Part shown: positions 1-13,667 of the stretch, one piece after another
How positions within the stretch are numbered: the stretch's first letter is position 1
How the letters are laid out: each line of letters opens with the position of its first letter
Source of the DNA: Eledone cirrhosa
Taxonomy: Eukaryota
DNA: 42,668 nucleotides
Assembly: GCA_964016885.1 (NCBI GenBank)
Contig: CAXHJY010000208.1
Span: 1 to 42,668, forward strand
Direction of reading: 5' to 3'
Made by a program: the position numbers and the translations under genes
The notes under the pieces: model-generated
Database searches by the model: none
Told to the model about the DNA's origin: nothing
The model's input: the letters and a program-made list of their open reading frames with translations, nothing else

Positions 1-17
1 AAAGAACACACACATAT

Positions 18-3000
18 ATATGGCTACATGTACACACATATATGGCTACATATACATACACACACATATATATGGCTACAAGTACACACATATAGGCTAC
101 ATATACATACACACCATATATATATATGGCTACATGTACACACATATAGGCTACATATACATACACACACATATATATATGGCTACATGTACACACATAT
201 ATAGACTACATATACATACACACACATATATATATGGCTACATGTACACACATATAGGCTACATGTACATACACACACACATATATATGGCTACATGTAC
301 ACACATATAGGCTACATATACATACACACACGTATATATATGGCTACATGTACACACATATATAGACTACATATACATACACACACACATATATATGGCT
401 ACATGTACACACATATATGGCTACATATACATACACACACATATATATATGGCTACAAGTACACACATATAGGCTACATATACATACACACCATATATAT
501 ATATGGCTACATGTACACACATATAGGCTACATATACATACACACACATATATATATGGCTACATGTACACATATAAGCTACATATACATACACACCATA
601 TATATATATGGCTACATGTACACACATATAGGCTACATATACATACACACATATATATATGGCTACATGTACACATATATAGACTACATATACATACACA
701 CACATATATATATGGCTACATGTACACACATATAGGCTACATGTACATACACACACACATATATATGGCTACATGTACACACACATATAGGCTACATATA
801 CATACACATATATATGGCTACATGTACACACCTATAGGCTACATATACATACACACACACACATATATGGCTACATGTACACACATATAGGCTACATATA
901 CACACACACACATATATATGGCTACATGTACACACATATAGGCTACATATACATACACACACACATATATATGGCTACATGTACACACATATATAGACTA
1001 CATATACATACACACACATATACATATGGCTACATGTAAACACATATAGGCTACATATACATACACACATATATATGGCTACATGTACACACATATAGGC
1101 TACATATACATACACACATATATATATATAGCTACATGTACACACATATAGGCTACATATACATACACACACACATATATGGCTACATGTAAACACATAT
1201 AGGCTACATATACATACACACACACATATATATGGCTACATATACACACATATAGGCTACATATACATACACACACACATATATATGGCTACATGAAACA
1301 CACACATATAGGCTACATATACATACACACATATATATATATAGCTACATGTACACACATATAGGCTACATATACATACACACACACATATATATGGCTA
1401 CATGTACACACATGTAGGCTACATATACATACACACACATATATATGACTACATGTACACACATATAGGCTACATGTACATACACACACATAGGCTACTT
1501 ATACATACACACACATATATATGGCTACATGTACACACATGTAGGCTACATATACATACACACACACATATATATGGCTACATATACACACATATAGGCT
1601 ACATATACATACACACACACATATATATGGCTACATGAAACACACACATATAGGCTACATATACATACACATATATATATATAGCTACATGTACACATAT
1701 AGGCTACATATACATACACACACACATATATATATGGCTACATGTACACACATGTAGGCTACATATACATACACACACATATATATGACTACATGTACAC
1801 ACATATAGGCTACATGTACATACACACACATAGGCTACTTATACATACACACACATATATATGGCTACATGTACACACATGTAGGCTACATATACATACA
1901 CACACATATATATATATGGCTACATGTACACATATAGGCTACATATACATACACACACATATATATGGCTACATGTACACACATATAGGCTACATATACA
2001 TACACACATATATATGGCTACATGTACACACATATAGGCTACATATACATACACACACACATATATATGGCTACATGTACACACATATAGGCTACATATA
2101 CATACACACACATATATGGCTACATGTACACACACACATATATGGCTACATGTACACACATATAGGCTACATATACATACACACATATATATGGCTACAT
2201 GTACACACATATAGGCTACATATACATACACACACACATATATATGGCTACATGTGCACACATATAGGCTACATATACACACACATATATATATGGCTAC
2301 ATGTACACACATATAGGCTACATATACATACACACACATATATATGGCTACATGTACACACATATAGGTTACATATACATACACACACATATATATGGCT
2401 ACATGTACACACATATAGGCTACATATACATACACACACATATATATGGCTACATGTACACACACATAAAGGCTACATATACATACACACACACATATAT
2501 ATATATGGCTACATGTAGACACATATAGACTACATATCCATACACACACATATATATGGCTACATGTACACACACATAAAGGCTACATGTACATACACAC
2601 ACACATATATATGGCTACATGTACACACATATAGGCTACATATACATACACACACACATATATGGCTACATGTACACACACACACACATATATAGCTACA
2701 TGTACACACATATAGGCTACATATACATACACATATATATGGCTACATGTACACACATATAAGCTACATGTACATACACACACATATATGGCTACATGTA
2801 CACACATATAGGCTACATATACATACACACACATATATATGGCTACATGTACACATATAAGCTACATATACATACACATATATATGGCTACATGTACATA
2901 CATACACACATATATATAGCTACATGTACACACATATAGGCTACATATACATACACACACACATATATGGCTACATGTACACACATATACATATATATAG

Positions 3001-3019
3001 AAATGGCTACATATACATG

Positions 3020-3075
<56 letters not shown>

Positions 3076-3080
3076 TACAT

Positions 3081-3113
<33 letters not shown>

Positions 3114-3210
3114 TACATACATACATACATACACATATATATATATATGTATGGCTACATTTACCTACACATACACATGCATACATACATACACATATAT
3201 ATATGGCTAC

Positions 3211-3243
<33 letters not shown>

Positions 3244-3300
3244 CATACACTCATACATACGTACACATACATACATACACATATTCATGGCTACATTTAC
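18..3300. repeat. Compound minisatellite built on GGCTACAT(G/A)TACA(CA)n(TA)n units
   Basis: GGCTACAT recurs every ~20-30 bp with variable CA/TA spacers and degenerates into (TACA)n after ~3000. Confidence 0.95.
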
Positions 3301-3399
3301 ATACACACACACATACAAACATACACACATACATATACATACATACATACATACATGTATACACTCATAGATATACAGACATACACAGATACATACATA

Positions 3400-3999
3400 C
3401 ATGGTGGCTGCCAACTCGTTTTCGAGTACGGCCACTACTTTATATCCATGTAGGAGAACCCCTACCGATGCGTTGAACAAGTGTGACTTTTTAGTCCAGC
3501 CAGCGACTTGAAAACTCTGGTACAAACACTACACTTGTGACAATTATTGACACATAGTGCTGGGCCCATGGTCCCATGTGACGACAAGTGCAGAGAGATA
3601 CAAAGCAATGCATGTGCCGTGAAGCTTTTATAGTGAGCAAAGGCACTGCACAAAGCCAGTCCCACTCTCTTAACCAAGATGATATTTACCAAAAAGAAGA
3701 ACAAGTCAACATCATTGGATACCATCAGGGTTGCAGGTGTTATATCAGAGTTTTCCTTCTAGAATTCTGCCTTGACAAAGGCTAAGGAGTCATCTCTCCT
3801 GGTGATTTTGGATTGCCATTGACTCTTAAGAGCTCCTTTGCCCTTTGACAGGTTTTGTTTTTAGTCCTGCAGGATGTCCAAAGTCACCCTCCTCACCAAG
3901 AAACCTTGGTGGGGTTGCCAGTTTAGTCGCCAACGACCCGACCATGAGACAGGTTGTACTGGGATACATGTTACCAGTAGCACCAGCTGGTGACCTGAC
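3400..3999 (-). mobile_element. Non-autonomous, internally deleted RTE-like retroelement, copy 1
   Basis: Near-identical copy at 37751-38272. Minus strand encodes a C2H2-like remnant CSVCTRVFKSLAGLKSH typical of RTE-type C-termini and ends in a (TATG)n tail. No RT present. Confidence 0.65.
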
Positions 4000-4250
4000 A
4001 TACATACATACATATACATACATACATACATACACACGTATACATATACGCACAAATATACATACATATATGCACGCATACATACATGCATACGTACATA
4101 CATACATATATATATATGTATATACATACATATATATATATATACATGCATATATATATATATACATGCATATATATATATATATATACATGCATATATA
4201 TATATATATATACATGCATATATATATATATACATGCATATATATATACA

Positions 4251-4289
<39 letters not shown>

Positions 4290-4291
4290 GC

Positions 4292-4324
<33 letters not shown>

Positions 4325-4384
4325 AAATATTTAAAAAATAATGAATAAAACAATGAAACAGTTCCTTATATTAAACAAAAAAAG

Positions 4385-4538
4385 TTCATTATTTAACGAT
4401 CGTTTCTGGGATATATATGTGTTAGAATTGGCATGTATATTTAACAGATCTATGTACAAAATTATACAAAATTATACAAACTATCAAAATTAAATATACA
4501 TACCAACTCATATATATGCCGTCTTCAGAAATAATGAA
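4385..4538 (-). ncRNA. Mirror copy of the long-stem-II hammerhead in the inverted arm
   Basis: Reverse complement of 5629-5782. Confidence 0.75.
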
Positions 4539-4962
4539 ATATATTTATTGATAATAACAACAATTCAAAATTACAGGTCTGTTTGGGAACAGAGTTCAAA
4601 TTGACCAATGGAAACACAAAAAGTTTATACAGTTAGGTGTGTGTATATATGTAAGTAACTTCGTTCACAGATATGCATAAAAATATATGTTCACATGCAT
4701 ACGCATGCCGAAAAGATGTATGTAAATACAAAAATTCAGGGCTAATGTCTCTGTATGTTTATAATCTACAGATAAAATACATATACGCATATAAACATAT
4801 AAATATAAAAATAAATATATACACATTCATATACTCACACATATACATACATTCACACACACACGCGCATATACGCATGTGTTTATGTATATGTGTATGT
4901 ATATGTATGTATATATATATATATATATATATGTATATCGATGTATATTTTATATTTTACTT

Positions 4963-5010
<48 letters not shown>

Positions 5011-5628
5011 TTAATATTTTTCTTTTTTCTTTTTCTTTTTCTTTTTCTTTTTCTTTTTCTTTTTCTTTCTAAATTTATAGATACATTTATAAATAGGCAG
5101 TTTGCTGACACCAGTAAATACTGACTCTTCCCCCCCCCCCCCACCTACTTTCTGTATCTGGATCTAAATATGTGTGGCAGTGTTTATGTGCGCGCATTAA
5201 TGTCCATATGCTTATGATAATAGTATATACACATATATGTGTGTGTGAGTGTGTGTGTGTATGTATGTTCGTGGTTGTGTGTATGTTTATGCGTATATGC
5301 GCGTGTGTGTGTGAATGTATGTATATGTGTGAGTATATGAATGTGTATATATTTATTTTTATATTTATATGTTTATATGCGTATATATATTTTATCTGTA
5401 GATTATAAACATACAGAGACATTAGCCCTGAATTTTTGTATTTACATACATCTTTTCGGCATGCGTATGCATGTGAACATATATTTTTATGCATATCTGT
5501 GAACGAAGTTACTTACATATATACACACACCTAACTGTATAAACTTTTTGTGTTTCCATTGGTCAATTTGAACTCTGTTCCCAAACAGACCTGTAATTTT
5601 GAATTGTTGTTATTATCAATAAATATAT

Positions 5629-5782
5629 TTCATTATTTCTGAAGACGGCATATATATGAGTTGGTATGTATATTTAATTTTGATAGTTTGTATAATTTTG
5701 TATAATTTTGTACATAGATCTGTTAAATATACATGCCAATTCTAACACATATATATCCCAGAAACGATCGTTAAATAATGAA
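5629..5782 (+). ncRNA. Type I hammerhead ribozyme with ~115-nt stem II
   Basis: Stem I TTCATTATTT/AAATAATGAA; core CTGAAGA 5639-5645; long hairpin 5646-5760; GAAA 5761-5764; palindromic stem III CGATCG; GUU cleavage triplet ending 5772. Confidence 0.8.
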
Positions 5783-6061
5783 CTTTTTTTGTTTAATATA
5801 AGGAACTGTTTCATTGTTTTATTCATTATTTTTTTAATATTTTATCTTGACTCTGTATTCCGTTTATCTTTCACCGAAAGTGATTTTTCATTGCATCTCT
5901 TCTTTCCATGATATCCGGATTACATTGAGTTCTTCATACGGATTGGACACTACCGTAAACTCTTGGTAGATTTATCTACATATATATATATATATGTATA
6001 ATTCACTGGACTAATTGCTGACCTTGTGCCTAACGTAGAAACAATTATTACTATTATTATT

Positions 6062-6326
6062 GGTGGTGGAGAATTGGCAGAATCGATAGAGCGTCGGACA
6101 ATATACTTAGCTGCAGAGAGTTATGGCTCTTTACGTTTGGAGTTCAAGTTCCGCCGAGGTTAACTTTGCCTTTCATCCTTACGGGGGTCGATAAAATAAA
6201 GTACCAGTAATACACTGGACTAATTGCTGACCTTGTGCCAAAAGTCATCCTTACGGGGTCGATAAAATAAAGTACCAGTAATACACTGGGTAATTGCTGG
6301 CCTTGTGCCAAAAGTAGAAACAATTT
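6062..6326 (+). mobile_element. tRNA-derived SINE (cephalopod-type) with duplicated 3' end; additional 3' fragment at 6003-6050
   Basis: A-box-like TGGCAGAATCG, B-box-like GAGTTCAAGTTCC, body TTTGCCTTTCATCCTTACGGGG-TCGATAAAATAAAGTACCAGT shared with several other copies in the window. Confidence 0.85.
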
Positions 6327-6499
6327 TAAGGTTGTGCAATGTTTTCTCACTAGGAGTCTCTGGTGTGATCGCCATAACATCTCTTCACTTTTCATCTCTT
6401 TCATAACATTCTTATATTCTTGTTCTTTCTTTATTATATTCACATATTCACATATTCTTTCAGGTATCGCCATGGTCGTTTTTATATATATATGTGTGT

Positions 6500-6557
<58 letters not shown>

Positions 6558-6582
6558 GTATATACACACACACACACACATG

Positions 6583-6656
<74 letters not shown>

Positions 6657-6714
6657 ATATATAATATATATAATATATATACGTATATACACACACACAC
6701 ACATATATATATAT

Positions 6715-6793
<79 letters not shown>

Positions 6794-7099
6794 GATTGTT
6801 TATTTTTTAAATGTGTTGCTGTTATCTCAATTTGGCAATCCCAGAGCAATTTAATTTGAAAGCGTTTTGTAAACAAATACACACACAACACACACAACAC
6901 ACAACACACACAACACACCACACAACACACACAACACACACACACAAACACACACACAGACATACACACCACACACACACAAACACACACACAGACATAC
7001 ACACCACACATACACACACATAAAGTATAGATAGTAAACAGAAACAACAAAGCAATGAAGAAGGTGTATTTGTTTAATGTTTGATATAGCAGGAAAAGA

Positions 7100-7136
7100 G
7101 TTTTTACGTTTCGGTTACTAGTCCTTCATCAGAAGA
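7100..7136 (-). ncRNA. Minimal hammerhead motif of a PLE-type terminal repeat remnant
   Basis: Minus strand CTT-CTGATGA-AGGACTAGTAACC-GAAA-CGTA. Flanks are homologous to 37520-37615. Confidence 0.6.
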
Positions 7137-7258
7137 TAGAATAAGAAATAAGGGATAAAATTTTAAAAATAGAGAGTGAGAAGAGTAAAGATGGGGAAAA
7201 ACCTTTTTGAGAAAAGCACCTGAGTATTCATAGCCATTTTAGGGAAATACCACACAGA

Positions 7259-7326
<68 letters not shown>

Positions 7327-7689
7327 CATATATATATATAGATAGATAGATATATATATATATATACATATATACATGTACAGAGAGACAGAGAGACAGA
7401 CAGACAGACAGACAGGCAATTACTCTGATGATGTTATTCTAAATTAATTAAGAAATTGCAGTACACATTTTTAGCTAGAGCCTCTAACGGAAACTAGCGG
7501 AAACTGCTGAAACCGAACGAGACTTAACCAACACTAGCGGAAACTGCTGAAACAGAACGAGACTTAACGGAAACTAGCGAAGAATACAGGTAAACAGACT
7601 GTTATATAAAATAAACAGAATAAAGATGTTGTTTACCAGTTAAGAGAACTCTGTACCAGACCCACCCAACAACACCAACATATATATAT

Positions 7690-7772
7690 ATATGCATATA
7701 TGTATATATATATGTATTTATGTGTATATATATATATGTATTTATGTATATATATATAAATATATATGTATT

Positions 7773-7803
<31 letters not shown>

Positions 7804-10495
7804 TTATGTATATATATATATGTATTTATGTATATATATATATATGTATTTATGTATATATATATATGTATTTATGTATATATATATATATATGTATTTA
7901 TGTATATATATATATGTATTTATGTGTATATATATATATGTATTTATGTATATATATATATGTATTTATGTATATATATATATATGTATTTATGTATATA
8001 TATATGTATTTATGTATATATATATGTATTTATGTATATATATATATATATATGTATTTATGTGTATATATATATATGTATTTATGTATATATATATATA
8101 TGTATTTATGTATATATATATATATATATGTATTTATGTATATATATATGTATTTATGTATATATATATGTATTTATGTATATATATATATATATATATG
8201 TATTTATGTATATATATATATGTATTTATGTATGTATATATATATATGTATTTATGTATATATATATATATATATGTATTTATGTATATATATATATGTA
8301 TTTATGTATATATATATATATATATGTATTTATGTATATATATATATGTATATATATATATGTATTTATGTATATATATATATGTATTTATGTATATATA
8401 TGTATATGTATTTATGTGTATATATATATGTATTTATGTATATATATATATGTATTTATGTATATATATATATGTATTTATGTGTATATATATATATGTA
8501 TTTATGTATATATATATATGTATTTATGTATATATATATATATATGTATTTATGTATATATATATATGTATTTATGTGTATATATATATATGTATTTATG
8601 TATATATATATATGTATTTATGTATATATATATATATGTATTTATGTATATATATATGTATTTATGTATATATATATGTATTTATGTATATATATATATA
8701 TATGTATTTATGTGTATATATATATATGTATTTATGTATATATATATATGTATTTATGTATATATATATATATATATGTATTTATGTATATATATATGTA
8801 TTTATGTATATATATATGTATTTATGTATATATATATATATATATATGTATTTATGTATATATATATATGTATTTATGTATGTATATATATATATGTATT
8901 TATGTATATATATATATATATATGTATTTATGTATATATATATATGTATTTATGTATATATATATATATATATATGTATTTATGTATATATATATATGTA
9001 TATATATATATGTATTTATGTATATATATATGTATTTATGTATATATATGTATATGTATTTATGTGTATATATATATGTATTTATGTATATATATATATG
9101 TATTTATGTATATATATATATGTATTTATGTGTATATATATATGTATTTATGTATATATATATATGTGTTTATGTGTATATATATATGTATTTATGTATA
9201 TATATATATGTATTTATGTATATATATATATGTATTTATGTGTATATATATATATATGTATTTATGTATATATATATATGTATTTATGTGTATATATGTA
9301 TGGATGCATGTATATATATATATATGTATTTATGTATATGTATATATATGTATTTATGTATATATATATATGTATTTATGTATATATATATATATATATG
9401 TATTTATGTATATATATAGAAATGTATTTATGTGTATATATATATGTATTTATGTATATATATATGTATTTATGTATATATATATATATGTATTTATGTG
9501 TATATATATATGTATTTATGTATATATATATATGTATTTATGTATATATATATATGTATTTATGTATATATATATATATGTATTTATGTGTATATATATA
9601 TGTATTTATGTGTATATATATATGTATTTATGTATATATATGTGTTTATGTATATATATATATGTATTTATGTATATATATATGTATTTATGTATATATA
9701 TATATATGTATTTATGTATATATATATATATGTATTTATGTGTATATATATATGTATTTATGTATATATATATATGTATTTATGTGTATATATATATATG
9801 TATTTATGTATATATATATATGTATTTATGTATATATATATATGTATTTATGTGTATATATGTATGGATGTATGTATATATATATATATGTATTTATGTA
9901 TATATATATGTATATATATATATATATGTATATATATGTATTTATGTATATATATATATGTATTTATGTATATATATAGAAATGTATTTATGTGTATATA
10001 TATATGTATTTATGAATATATATATGTATTTATGTATATATATATATATGTATTTATGTGTATATATATATGTATTTATGTATATATATATATATGTATT
10101 TATGTATATATATATATGTATTTATGTATATATATATGTATGTATGTGTATATATATATGTATTTATGTATATATATATATGTATTTATGTATATATATG
10201 TGTTTATGTATATATATATATGTATTTATGTATATATATATATATGTATTTATGTATATATATGTGTTTATGTATATATATATATGTATTTATGTATATA
10301 TATATATATATATATGTATTTATGTATATATATATATATGTATTTATGTATATATATATATGTATCTATGTGTATATATATATTTATTTATTATATATAT
10401 ATATATGTATTTATGTATATATATATATATGTATTTATGTATATATATATATGTATTTATGTATATATATATATGTATTTACGTATATATATGTA
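7690..10495 (+). repeat. Satellite of (TA)nTGTATTTATG units
   Basis: ~2.8 kb of ~18-24-bp units. Confidence 0.95.
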
Positions 10496-10498
10496 TGA

Positions 10499-10760
10499 CA
10501 CACACACTCATATTTAAGTATATATATATATATGTATATATACCATTTAAAAGAAGTCTGCACCAGACCCACCCAACATTTATATACATCATTAATGGTA
10601 TCCCTGTAAATATACATATTTATAGGGATACCATTAATGATGTATATAAACCTATGTTGGTGTTGTTGGTGTTGTTGGTGTTGTTGGGTGGGTCTGGTGC
10701 AGACTTCTTTTAAATGGTATATATACATATACATACATATACTTAAATATGAGTGTGTGT
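10499..10760. repeat. Nested palindrome at the centre of the satellite strand switch
   Basis: Inner hairpin 10579-10650 (2-nt loop, one mismatch); outer arms ~10499-10578 and ~10682-10760. Confidence 0.9.
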
Positions 10761-10764
10761 ATCT

Positions 10765-11437
10765 ATACATATATACATAAATACATATATATATATATAT
10801 ACATAAATACATATATATATATATATACATAAATACATATATATATATACATAAATACATATATATATATACATAAATACATATATATATATATATATAC
10901 ATAAATATATATATATACACATATATACATAAATACATATATATATAAATACATAAATACATACATATATATATTCATAAATATATATATATACACATAT
11001 ATACATAAATACATATATATATATATATACATAAATACATATATATATATACATAAATACATATATATATATATACATAAATACATATATATACATAAAT
11101 ACATATATATATATATACATAAATACATATATATATATACATAAATACATATATATATATATACATAAATACATATATATATATACATAAATACATATAT
11201 ATATATACGTAAATACATATATATATATATATACATAAATACATATATATATATATACATAAATACATATATATATATACATAAATACATATATATATAT
11301 ATATACATAAATACATATATATATATATACATAAATACATATATATATATATACATAAATACATATATATATATACATAAATACATATATATATATACAT
11401 AAATACATATATATATATATATACATAAATATATATG

Positions 11438-11469
<32 letters not shown>

Positions 11470-11768
11470 CATAAATACATATATATATACATAAATACAT
11501 ATATATATATATATATATACATAAATACATATATATATACATAAATACATATATATATAAATACATATATATATATACATACATATATATATATACATAC
11601 ATAAATACATATATATAAACACACATAAATACATATATATATATACATAAATACATATATATATATATACATAAATACATATATATATACATAAATACAT
11701 ATATATAAATATATATATACATAAATACATATATATATACATAAATACATATATATATATATACATAA

Positions 11769-11805
<37 letters not shown>

Positions 11806-11965
11806 ATACATATATATATACATAAATACATATATATATATATACATAAATACATATATATATATATATATATATATACATAAATACATATATATATACA
11901 TAAATACATATATACATAAATACATATATATATACATAAATACATATATATATACATACATACAT
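10765..11965 (-). repeat. Same satellite in reverse orientation, CATAAATACA(TA)n
   Basis: Reverse complement of the 7690-10495 unit. Confidence 0.95.
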
Positions 11966-11968
11966 ATA

Positions 11969-12061
11969 CAGGGTGTCTAAAAATGTGTACATACATCAGT
12001 AGCATTCTAATAAGTATTGCCAGTACAGGTAATGAAAGGGTGTATACATTTTTAGGACACC

Positions 12062-12064
<3 letters not shown>
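11969..12064. mobile_element. Tc1/mariner-type MITE (~96 bp)
   Basis: TIRs CAGGGTGTCTAAAAATGTGTAC / GTATACATTTTTAGGACACCCTG, preceded by TA and lying in a TA-rich tract. Confidence 0.7.
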
Positions 12065-12153
<89 letters not shown>

Positions 12154-12376
12154 ATGTGTATGTGTATGTGTGTGCGTGTGTGTGTGTGTGTGTATGCACA
12201 CGCACCTCTAATTTTGTTTTTAAATACATACTTCGTTATTTGTTCTCCTAACCTAAAATACAGACCTGTTTGGAAGTTAGCCCAAACATATATTATATTT
12301 ATATTATTCGTATAATGTATATATTTGGTTGTTTGTGTGTGTTTATACATATGTATGTATAAACACACACAAACGC

Positions 12377-12408
<32 letters not shown>

Positions 12409-12497
12409 CTATTCTTATCTAATTCTCGCCTATAAACGCACACACACACAGACACACTTATACATTTATATGTATGTATATATATATATATATATAC

Positions 12498-12535
<38 letters not shown>

Positions 12536-12583
12536 GTATATATATATAAATATATATATATATATAAATATATATATAAATAT

Positions 12584-12644
<61 letters not shown>

Positions 12645-12868
12645 CTTATCACAGCTATCTATTCCCACCTAATTCTCACCTATATTATTTCCATTTTCTC
12701 TTGAATTCTTTAACTGCTGCCATCTTTCGTTCTTACGTAATGTCTTACACCCTTTCCCTGGCAATTATATATGTGGGGGGGTGGGGGGTGCAGAGAGAGA
12801 GATCCATGTATGCAGACCTATATATATATATATATATGCATATATACTCGTATATGCACACACAAGCA

Positions 12869-12900
<32 letters not shown>

Positions 12901-12904
<4 letters not shown>

Positions 12905-13014
12905 AACGAGTAGGACCCCGACGGATGAGCTCAAGCCGTTTCGACGGCTAATTCTGGAGTATTGAGTACTTTGGTGCGTTATGGTCCATCTGGTTCCTTA
13001 CCACATTTCCTTCG

Positions 13015-13016
<2 letters not shown>
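12901..13016 (+). mobile_element. Collapsed copy of the hairpin element at 14809-15002 (left arm joined directly to tail)
   Basis: Matches 14810-14862, then jumps to 14944-15002; flanked by (TA)n. Confidence 0.75.
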
Positions 13017-13083
<67 letters not shown>

Positions 13084-13158
13084 ATTATGAAAATAATTAT
13101 GAAAAATTTCTATAATACGAAGAGGGTGTTTAAATCCAACACGCTCCAGTATTTTAAT

Positions 13159-13199
<41 letters not shown>

Positions 13200-13200
<1 letters not shown>

Positions 13201-13330
13201 TATTTAATATACAGATGGCTTCTATATTCGAAGGAATTCATCAGGAAAGCCCTTTCTATATTAACTATTGTATATACTCTGCTATGTATTGAGTACCTTC
13301 CTGTGGTTACCCCCGATTGAACCCGGGATA
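13200..13330 (+). mobile_element. Diverged, collapsed relative of the hairpin element at 15026-15226
   Basis: 13254-13330 is a diverged reverse complement of 15030-15105. Minus-strand CCTGATGAATTCCTTCGAAT remnant at 13226-13245. Confidence 0.65.
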
Positions 13331-13349
13331 CACACAAACATATATGTGT

Positions 13350-13596
13350 GTGTTAAGTATTTCCGTAAAAAATGTAAAGGAAAGAAGAGTGCTCTATGTA
13401 TAGTACAGAGCTATTTAGTTATATAATAAACAACACAATTTAATTATTCCATTACCAAAGGTTTCAGGAAACTCGACGATACTTACGGAGGCAATGTCCT
13501 ACCCTTTCATTAGATGAAATAGATAACTAACGTAAGGATCATCTGGTTACTTGAAACCTTTCGTAATGGAATAATTATATTGTGTTGTTTATTATG
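13350..13596 (-). mobile_element. Older hairpin-plus-tail element (arms ~13424-13487 and ~13531-13595; tail 13350-13423)
   Basis: Diverged inverted repeat; hammerhead fold on the minus strand; TAGAGCAC in the tail. Confidence 0.65.
13446..13520 (-). ncRNA. Type I hammerhead with mutated core (CUAAUGA), probably inactive
   Basis: Stem I ATTTCAT/ATGGAAT, CTAATGA, ~40-nt stem II region closed by AGG/CCT, GAAA, stem III CC-TTT-GG, GUA site. Confidence 0.6.
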
Positions 13597-13629
13597 TAAT
13601 ATTTATATATATATATATATATATATACA

Positions 13630-13664
<35 letters not shown>

Positions 13665-13667
<3 letters not shown>

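Larger units (their letters stand above)
4322..5980 (+). mobile_element. Short copy of the Penelope-like family: inverted arms 4322-4878 and 5289-5845 plus 3' tail 5846-5980
   Basis: Arms are near-exact reverse complements. Sequence is homologous to 24317-25060 and 31690-32569. Both ends abut (TA)n. Confidence 0.85.

Noticed and set aside
7421-7475. CTGATGA...GAAA hammerhead-like string
   Set aside because: Weak stem II and no NUH triplet in register with the TACT/AGTA stem I; not supportable
7692-12533. Very long ORFs (up to 997 aa) rich in Y/I/M/C, and similar ORFs at 1-3500, 25000-26900 and 29800-34960
   Set aside because: Translations of TA/TG/CA microsatellites that lack stop codons by composition
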